NCBI GenBank assembly: GCA_003553445.1
Contig: PWEK01000012.1
Span: 1,844 to 65,843, forward strand
Source of the DNA: Elusimicrobiota bacterium
Lineage (GTDB): Bacteria; CG03; SLGR01
Length of the DNA stretch: 64,000 bases
Direction: 5' to 3'
Made by a program: the position numbers and the translations under genes. Positions 58,200 through 64,000 of this stretch are shown here, piece by piece (position 1 is the first letter of the stretch; each line of letters begins with the position of its first letter). The notes under the pieces are model-generated. The model was not told the origin of the DNA, did not search any database, and was given only the letters and a program-made list of their open reading frames with translations.

Positions 58200-59393
58200 T
58201 TAGAAGTTTATGGCATACTCCAGAGCTGCAAAATCCGAGCCTTCATCGGCAAACTCTGAATCCGGCATGAACCTGCTGTATGTCACAAAGACGCTGCTTG
58301 CGTCATTTATTGTATAAGCAAGTTTCAAACCGACTTCATCACCGATATCATCACCACTGACCTCTTCAGCGAGCATATAGTAATGAGCCATCAGGTTCAG
58401 GTCTTCACGGGGGTTAATGCTGAATCCCGCACCTATAGATTCCAGATTGCTTATATCAGCAAAAGTTACAGCTGAACCAAACGCATCCAGGTAATAATCA
58501 TACCAGAAAGTATCTACGAAATACCCGTAGGTGACTGAAGAGCCGAATCCTTCATTATCATCGGTCTCCGGATCATCTCCGGTAGCCAGAAAATAATCCG
58601 CTTTCAGCGACAGCCCGTGAAAATCCGGCACATCATAGTTCAGCGCTGCGTATAGCAATGAAGCGTCATAATCATTCTCATTATGGTCATTTCCCATCTG
58701 CATGCTGTATTCAAGATAGTGGCGGAAGTTTTGAAAACCCCCGTCAGCAATCAGTCCCGCAAAATTCCTCTCATCGCTATCTTCTTGTCCGAAATCATCC
58801 GTGTAATCAACAATATAGTATCCTGTCAGGTCAGTTTCAGGAAGAGAATAAAAAGCAGTCAAACCGGACATATGCCCTTTGCTGTGTTCATCTTTTCTTA
58901 CCCAGTCTGCATCAGCTAACCTGTAATTGAATGCTTCCAGACTCAGGTCATCATATGCGTAAGATGCCTTTACTCCGTCAAGGCCTGCCCAGTCAGAAGT
59001 CAGGACAAATCCGCGACCCAGAAAAATATTCTGGCGCCCCACTGTAAGAGCCATGTCATCTACAAGAAAATCAGATATTTTCGCATATCCTGTCTGCAGT
59101 TTAAAAGACCTTCCATTTGTAGCCGGTCTCCATCCGGTATCGCCCATAGTGTTCTCAAACTCAGCGACGATATTAACATAGATGTCATCGGTGACATTCC
59201 CGTCCATACCCAGATGAATACGATTTCTCATGAACTCATAAAAATCCCCGGCATCATCTTCTCCCTCAAGATTATTCATCATCTGCCAGCGCAATCGATA
59301 CTGCCCTGAAAAATTGAGGTCTTCCATATCGAATGCATAACCTGACGCAGCCAGCATTAAAACCATCATTAATGAAATGATTTTACTCTTCAT
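58200..59393 (-). CDS. Outer-membrane porin (alginate-export-family-like), acidic
   Basis: Signal peptide, FSGQYRLRW, RIHLG, LTVGRQ....GRGFVL, GLDGVK, ATGDD, IGDEV, terminal INF. Confidence 0.75.
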   Translation of the reverse strand: MKSKIISLMMVLMLAASGYAFDMEDLNFSGQYRLRWQMMNNLEGEDDAGDFYEFMRNRIHLGMDGNVTDDIYVNIVAEFENTMGDTGWRPATNGRSFKLQTGYAKISDFLVDDMALTVGRQNIFLGRGFVLTSDWAGLDGVKASYAYDDLSLEAFNYRLADADWVRKDEHSKGHMSGLTAFYSLPETDLTGYYIVDYTDDFGQEDSDERNFAGLIADGGFQNFRHYLEYSMQMGNDHNENDYDASLLYAALNYDVPDFHGLSLKADYFLATGDDPETDDNEGFGSSVTYGYFVDTFWYDYYLDAFGSAVTFADISNLESIGAGFSINPREDLNLMAHYYMLAEEVSGDDIGDEVGLKLAYTINDASSVFVTYSRFMPDSEFADEGSDFAALEYAINF

Positions 59394-59442
59394 TCATTTC
59401 CTCCTTTTCCTTTACAATCTTCTTTCAACCCAAAAGCAGTAT

Positions 59443-60297
59443 TTACTGCAGCCACTGATCTACCCTGTTCGGGTTTTCTTCTATCCATCTTACGGCATTT
59501 TCATAAGGGTCTGCGCCCTCTTCTTCATTCCATGCCATAATTTCATTTAATTCGGCACTGCTCATATAGAAATTATCAAGAAAGCTGTATGCTTCCGGGG
59601 AATCTACACTCAAGTTCTGTCGAGTGATGGTGTGAATATCTTCATCTTCGCCGTATACCATCTTCGGATCTTCAAGTTCCTTAAGATCCCATTCACCATA
59701 CTTCCAATGAGGTGTCCATCCTGTTACAACGATCCATTCATTGTTATCAACTGCATCAGCAAGCGCAGCAGCCATTGTTGCGCCACTTCCTTCAACAAGA
59801 GTGAAATCACCAAGGCCATATTCTTCTATAGCCTCTTCCGTAGCGCCCATTATCCCTGCTCCGGGATCAATACCGATGATTTCATAGTCGAACCTGTCCG
59901 CGTTTTCCGGCAGCTCTTCAATTGAGTCAATATCAACATATGTCGGAACTGTTAATCCTATAGACGCTCCTTCAAGATTAGCTCCCAGGTCGTCTATATC
60001 AGCTTCCGTTTCCTCATAATACTCAGCATGTGTTACCGGAAGCCATGCACAGGTAATCGCATCCACGTCCCCTGCTCCCAGGGCTGTCCACATTGCTGCA
60101 GCAGATACAGCTACGGTATCTACATCATAATTCATTCTCTCCTGTAGTACAGCTTTTGCCAGATTGGTGCTTGCTGTAGCGCAAGCCCATTCTACATATG
60201 CCAGTTCAATCGTTTCATCTGGTGTTCTGGCGCAGCTCAATACTGCAAGTGCCAAAACTCCAACAAGAAAACCATTAATTTTTTTTCTTAGGTTCAT
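59443..60297 (-). CDS. opuAC: Glycine betaine ABC transporter substrate-binding lipoprotein
   Basis: Lipobox VLSC, AYVEW, AWLPVTH, IIGIDPGAG, VTGWTPHW, LEDPK. Confidence 0.93.
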   Translation of the reverse strand: MNLRKKINGFLVGVLALAVLSCARTPDETIELAYVEWACATASTNLAKAVLQERMNYDVDTVAVSAAAMWTALGAGDVDAITCAWLPVTHAEYYEETEADIDDLGANLEGASIGLTVPTYVDIDSIEELPENADRFDYEIIGIDPGAGIMGATEEAIEEYGLGDFTLVEGSGATMAAALADAVDNNEWIVVTGWTPHWKYGEWDLKELEDPKMVYGEDEDIHTITRQNLSVDSPEAYSFLDNFYMSSAELNEIMAWNEEEGADPYENAVRWIEENPNRVDQWLQ

Positions 60298-60389
60298 CTA
60301 AACCTCCTTTTTTCCTTCAACCTTCAATACCCTGCTCTTTATCTTTTATTTATATGTTTAAATTGAAATTTTAGTGTGTGAGCACAGGA

Positions 60390-61220
60390 TTAACCCTTAT
60401 TCTTTTTTATTATGTTCTGAGTGATCCTGTCAAATATCATAGCTATTATAACAATTGCTATGCCTGCTTCAAACCCCATCCCCATCCTTAATCTCTGGAT
60501 AGCTCTCCATACAACACCTCCGAGACCGCCTGCCCCTATCATAGCGGCAATAACCACCATTGACAATGCAAGCATTATTGTCTGATTTATTCCTCCCATT
60601 ATAGTCGGCGCTGCAAGGGGAAGCTGAACATTTATCAGCTTCTGCATTTTTGTAGCCCCGAAAGAATCGGATGCCTCCATTAATTCTTCGGGAAGCTGCC
60701 TTATCCCCAGAGCAGTGAATCTTATAGATGGAGGAATGGAGAATATAACCGTCGCAAATACCGCGGCAACCTTGCCCAGGCCGAAAAACGGTATTGCCGG
60801 GATAAGGTATACAAAAGCCGGCATTGTCTGCATAAAATCAAGCACAGGCGTTATCAGCTTATAAAATTTATTGTTTAATGCGGCAATTATGCCCAGGGGC
60901 AGTCCTACAATAACCGCTATTACTGTTGAGGTAATAACAAGCGCAAATGTCGAAACAGTAGGATCCCAAAGACCGAAATTCCATATTAATCCTAAGCCAA
61001 GCATTGATAGAATACTTCCCTTTATCGAAATAATCCTCCAGGCAATTACACCGATTATTAAGATCAAGAGCCATGGGGGGAAGAACTCCAGGACATTAAT
61101 CAAAAGAGAAATCATTGTATCGATAATTTCTGAAAAGCCCCTGGTGACCGCTGAGAACCTCAGCGTTAAGAAATCAATTCCCGAATCTATCCATTCTCCA
61201 AGCGGTAATCTATACATCAA
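60390..61220 (-). CDS. opuAB: Glycine betaine ABC transporter permease
   Basis: PVLDFMQTMPAFVYLIP, EASDSFGAT, INQTIMLALSMVVIAAMIGAGGLG. Confidence 0.95.
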   Translation of the reverse strand: MMYRLPLGEWIDSGIDFLTLRFSAVTRGFSEIIDTMISLLINVLEFFPPWLLILIIGVIAWRIISIKGSILSMLGLGLIWNFGLWDPTVSTFALVITSTVIAVIVGLPLGIIAALNNKFYKLITPVLDFMQTMPAFVYLIPAIPFFGLGKVAAVFATVIFSIPPSIRFTALGIRQLPEELMEASDSFGATKMQKLINVQLPLAAPTIMGGINQTIMLALSMVVIAAMIGAGGLGGVVWRAIQRLRMGMGFEAGIAIVIIAMIFDRITQNIIKKNKG

Positions 61221-62412
61221 ACTCTCCGCTTTCCGCTAAACCTGCAATTATTGAACCTTTTACAATAACCCCCTTTAATACATTATTATCATCAATTACA
61301 GCAATCGGATAGCGGTTATCTACAATAACTTTAAATAAATTTCTGACCTGCACATCAAGAGTTACCTTCTGTTTATCATATTTTTCTATTATAAGTGATA
61401 TGTCTTTTTCATGCTTTTTTGCCAGCTCCCCCGCTTTTTCTGCTGTTACATACCCCTTTAACTTATGCTCTTCATCAACAATAAATATACCGGATTTACC
61501 TTCCATCCTCATTTTATGAAGAAGCGTAACCGGTCCATCCTTAATAAAGCCCACTTCCTTAGGTTTTACCATAACATCTGAAGCACTCAGAACCTTGGTA
61601 AAATCAACATTTTCAATAAATCTTCTTACATAGGTGTTTTCCGGACTTGTCAATATTTCTTCAGGGGTGCCAATCTGAACAATCCTTCCGTCTTTCATAA
61701 GGATTACTCTATCACCCATTTTTAAAGCTTCGTCAAGATCATGAGTTATAAAGAGGATTGTCTTTTTCATCTTGGCCTGAAGCTCAAGAAGCTCATCCTG
61801 CATCTCTGTCCTGATAAGCGGATCCAGAGCGCCGAATGCCTCATCCATTAACAATATTTCAGGGTTGATTGCAAGTGCGCGGGCAAGCCCCACACGCTGC
61901 TGCATGCCTCCGCTTAACTGGCTCTGATATGAGTTTTCCCACCCTTTCAGGCCTACAAGTTCAAGGGCGTCCTGGGCGCTTTTTCTCTGTTTTTCCTTTG
62001 TTTCCCTTTTTACTGAAAGCCCGTATCCGGCATTTTCTAGTACTGTTTTATGAGGGAAAAGTGCAAACCTCTGAAAAACCATACCGAAAATATTTCTTCT
62101 CATCGAAAGCAGTTTTTCCCGTGAAACCTCAGTTATATCTTCATTTTTCACAAATACTTTCCCCGCTGTTGGCCTAATCAATCTGTTTATGCAGCGTAAA
62201 AGCGTGGACTTACCGCTTCCCGAAAGTCCCATTACAACCAGTACCTCCCCCTCGTATACCTTGAAGCTCGCATCAGCTACTCCTACCCCGCAGCCGGTTT
62301 TATCTAAAATTTCTTCGTTAGGTATCCCCTGCTTCAACAGACGCAACGCCTCTTCGGAGCGATGACCGAATATTTTATATAAATTTTTTACTTCTATTTT
62401 AATATTACTCAT
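61210..62412 (-). CDS. opuAA: Glycine betaine ABC transporter ATPase with CBS domains
   Basis: VMGLSGSGKS, LSGGMQQRVGLARAL, LMDEAFGALDPLIR, FITHDLDEAL, C-terminal CBS pair. Confidence 0.96.
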   Translation of the reverse strand: MSNIKIEVKNLYKIFGHRSEEALRLLKQGIPNEEILDKTGCGVGVADASFKVYEGEVLVVMGLSGSGKSTLLRCINRLIRPTAGKVFVKNEDITEVSREKLLSMRRNIFGMVFQRFALFPHKTVLENAGYGLSVKRETKEKQRKSAQDALELVGLKGWENSYQSQLSGGMQQRVGLARALAINPEILLMDEAFGALDPLIRTEMQDELLELQAKMKKTILFITHDLDEALKMGDRVILMKDGRIVQIGTPEEILTSPENTYVRRFIENVDFTKVLSASDVMVKPKEVGFIKDGPVTLLHKMRMEGKSGIFIVDEEHKLKGYVTAEKAGELAKKHEKDISLIIEKYDKQKVTLDVQVRNLFKVIVDNRYPIAVIDDNNVLKGVIVKGSIIAGLAESGEFDV

Positions 62413-62657
62413 AAATACTTTTAACCATATTACACTTCATCCCGTTTTTTTGCCCGTCCGGATTATACAATTTTTCCTGATATTACTATCGATTGGTTTA
62501 TATAACCATACAACTTAGACAGCATTTGTCAAATCAACATCCATTTTGCTCTTTTTAATATTATTATTACAATTTTTGACATATACGGCCATATTTGATA
62601 AGTATTTAACAGTTACTAGGCTGGATTATTCAGAAGAATGAAAAGGAGGTGATTTTC

Positions 62658-62900
62658 TTGAAGCTGAAAAATTATTTGTTTTTAGTTATTTCAGTATTTG
62701 TTCTTGGATTGGCAGTAGGATGCGGGCCGACAGACCCGGTGGAAGACCCGGGTGTATGGGAAGAAGAACCTGTAGAATACGAAGAACCGGAAGAATATGA
62801 AGACCCGTTTCTTGAAGAATATGAAGAACCGGAAGAATACGAGGCTCCACAGGAGTATGAAGAAATAGAAGAATTCGAAGAAGAAGACTTCGAGTGGTAA
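62658..62900 (+). CDS. Small ultra-acidic lipoprotein 1 (TTG start)
   Basis: AAAGGAGGTGA SD, lipobox LAVGC, and an E/P/Y-rich mature part with EPEEYE repeats. Confidence 0.8.
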   Translation: MKLKNYLFLVISVFVLGLAVGCGPTDPVEDPGVWEEEPVEYEEPEEYEDPFLEEYEEPEEYEAPQEYEEIEEFEEEDFEW

Positions 62901-62912
62901 TATAAAACATAT

Positions 62913-62946
62913 TGCAAAAGGCCCTCGCTAAAAAGGGCCTTTTGCA
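62913..62946 (+). terminator. Intrinsic terminator
   Basis: TGCAAAAGGCCCT-loop-AGGGCCTTTTGCA. Confidence 0.8.
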
Positions 62947-62983
62947 TACATTACTACACATAAACGAAAGGAGGTGATTAACT

Positions 62984-63289
62984 ATCAAAATTAAAAAATT
63001 AGCAGCATGTATAGCGATTGCTGCTTCTTTTATGTTTATAATCGGCTGCGAACCTCAGCCCGAACCCATAGGTGAACCGGAGCCCGCGGAAGAAGCTCCG
63101 GCATTTGAAGAACCTGAAACACCCGACCCCTGGGATGAAGAGGCCTTACCGGAAGAGCCCGAAGAAGAATGGCCTGAACCGGAAGAGTATGAATGGGAAG
63201 AGCCCGAACCGGAAGAATATGAACAAATAGACCCGGAAGACATAGAAGAAGTAGATCCTGAAGAATACGAAGAAGAAATACCCTGGTAA
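62984..63289 (+). CDS. Small ultra-acidic lipoprotein 2 (probable ATC start)
   Basis: AAAGGAGGTGA SD, then ATC AAA ATT AAA AAA TTA..., giving (M)KIKKLAACIAIAASFMFIIGC. In-frame TGA at 62975. EPEEYE repeats. Confidence 0.78.
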   Translation: MKIKKLAACIAIAASFMFIIGCEPQPEPIGEPEPAEEAPAFEEPETPDPWDEEALPEEPEEEWPEPEEYEWEEPEPEEYEQIDPEDIEEVDPEEYEEEIPW

Positions 63290-63322
63290 TAAGAAACACC
63301 GGGTTATCTAAAGAAAAAATAG

Positions 63323-63354
63323 AAAAGAGCCCTTTTCTGCAAAAGGGCTCTTTT
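63323..63354 (+). terminator. Intrinsic terminator
   Basis: AAAAGAGCCCTTTT-ctgc-AAAAGGGCTCTTTT, a perfect 14-bp stem. Confidence 0.85.
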
Positions 63355-63456
63355 GAAATTTTAAACAAATTCACCACAAAACATAATTTGGATTTGACAT
63401 TTTACAATTAAATAAACTACTCTATCAAATATAGATTTTTTAAGATAAAACCACAC

Positions 63457-63987
63457 ATGAAATTAACGGCAATATTCCTAACATTATTACTTTTTAGTGC
63501 AAATCAATATCTTGTAAAATACGCAGCCGCCTCGGGCAGTTTTACATTTAAGATAGAAACGGAAGAGAACAACCGCTCTTTCGCATTCCAGGTGTATGAA
63601 TGCGAGAACTTTGAAGTTGACTGGGGAGAAGGAAGTGGGTACGAAGAACCTGCAGACGGAACTAAACTCTTTTCCTACGAATATAAATCTCCCGGAGAAT
63701 ACAAAATAAAAGTAAGGGGCAAAACAGAAAGAATATCCTTTTACGGTGAGGGGAAAGGAACCCCCGGGCTCCTAACCGATATACTTACTCCCGTAACTGA
63801 CGGAGTTGAGGGAATAACCAGCGCTAAAGAAATGTTTCGGAGCATATCATCTTTTGACGGATATATAGGTAACTGGGATGTGTCAAACTTAAAAAATTTT
63901 GCCACCTTTTTAAAACCCTCCAAATTACCTACTGAAACTTATAATAAACTTCGGGAGGTTCACCTCTATAAGGCGGGAAGAAACTGA
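63457..63987 (+). CDS. Secreted protein with a PKD-like domain and one DUF285/BspA-type repeat, possibly truncated
   Basis: Signal peptide, VDWGEG...YEYKSPGEYKIKV, ITSAKEMF...FDGYIGNWDVSNL. Confidence 0.65.
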   Translation: MKLTAIFLTLLLFSANQYLVKYAAASGSFTFKIETEENNRSFAFQVYECENFEVDWGEGSGYEEPADGTKLFSYEYKSPGEYKIKVRGKTERISFYGEGKGTPGLLTDILTPVTDGVEGITSAKEMFRSISSFDGYIGNWDVSNLKNFATFLKPSKLPTETYNKLREVHLYKAGRN

Positions 63988-64000
63988 ACGTATAGACTCA

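Noticed and set aside
62413-62640. c-di-AMP or other riboswitch upstream of opuAA
   Set aside because: The region is AT-rich with no recognisable aptamer motifs or terminator hairpin. An Infernal/Rfam scan would be decisive.
62760-63280. gaagaa-rich direct repeats as a CRISPR array or VNTR
   Set aside because: They are imperfect codon-level repeats of Glu-rich peptides without a constant repeat and unique spacer structure.
1-64000. tRNA, rRNA, IS, integrase or prophage genes
   Set aside because: None was recognised. Intergenic gaps are short and AT-rich, and no transposase or phage motifs appear in the ORFs.

Overview
A gene-dense chromosomal window in standard code 11 from an anaerobic, diderm bacterium. 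Several beta-barrel proteins, a Por/T9SS-like C-terminal sorting domain, type IV pilus genes and an [FeFe]-hydrogenase support this. An OpuA betaine transporter, a lysine 2,3-aminomutase and very acidic exported proteins suggest a salt-adapted organism; the lineage cannot be fixed from the sequence alone. Recognisable modules: fur (partial), cysK/thioredoxin/Rrf2, U32 plus an ATP-cone/uridine-kinase-like gene, plsC, an M16 peptidase, recD2-addB-addA, pilT-pilC with three minor pilins, a four-gene bifurcating-type hydrogenase, lemA plus M48, an S8 protease, two LolC/E-like permeases, nfeD-floA, and opuAA-AB-AC plus a porin. I saw no rRNA, tRNA, CRISPR array or transposase. Strongest leads: (1) a three-gene operon of AblA-type lysine 2,3-aminomutase, a PurD paralogue with a remodelled amine-acceptor site, and an EctA-like acetyltransferase, a candidate new beta-lysine-derived osmolyte pathway; (2) a four-copy, 11-bp-period repeat (TCAAATTTT core) in three intergenic regions, a candidate pilus/protease regulon; (3) apparent non-canonical start codons (ATT, ATC, CTG) plus several apparently leaderless genes; (4) tandem ultra-acidic mini-lipoproteins. 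All calls come from manual motif recognition; no database searches were run.
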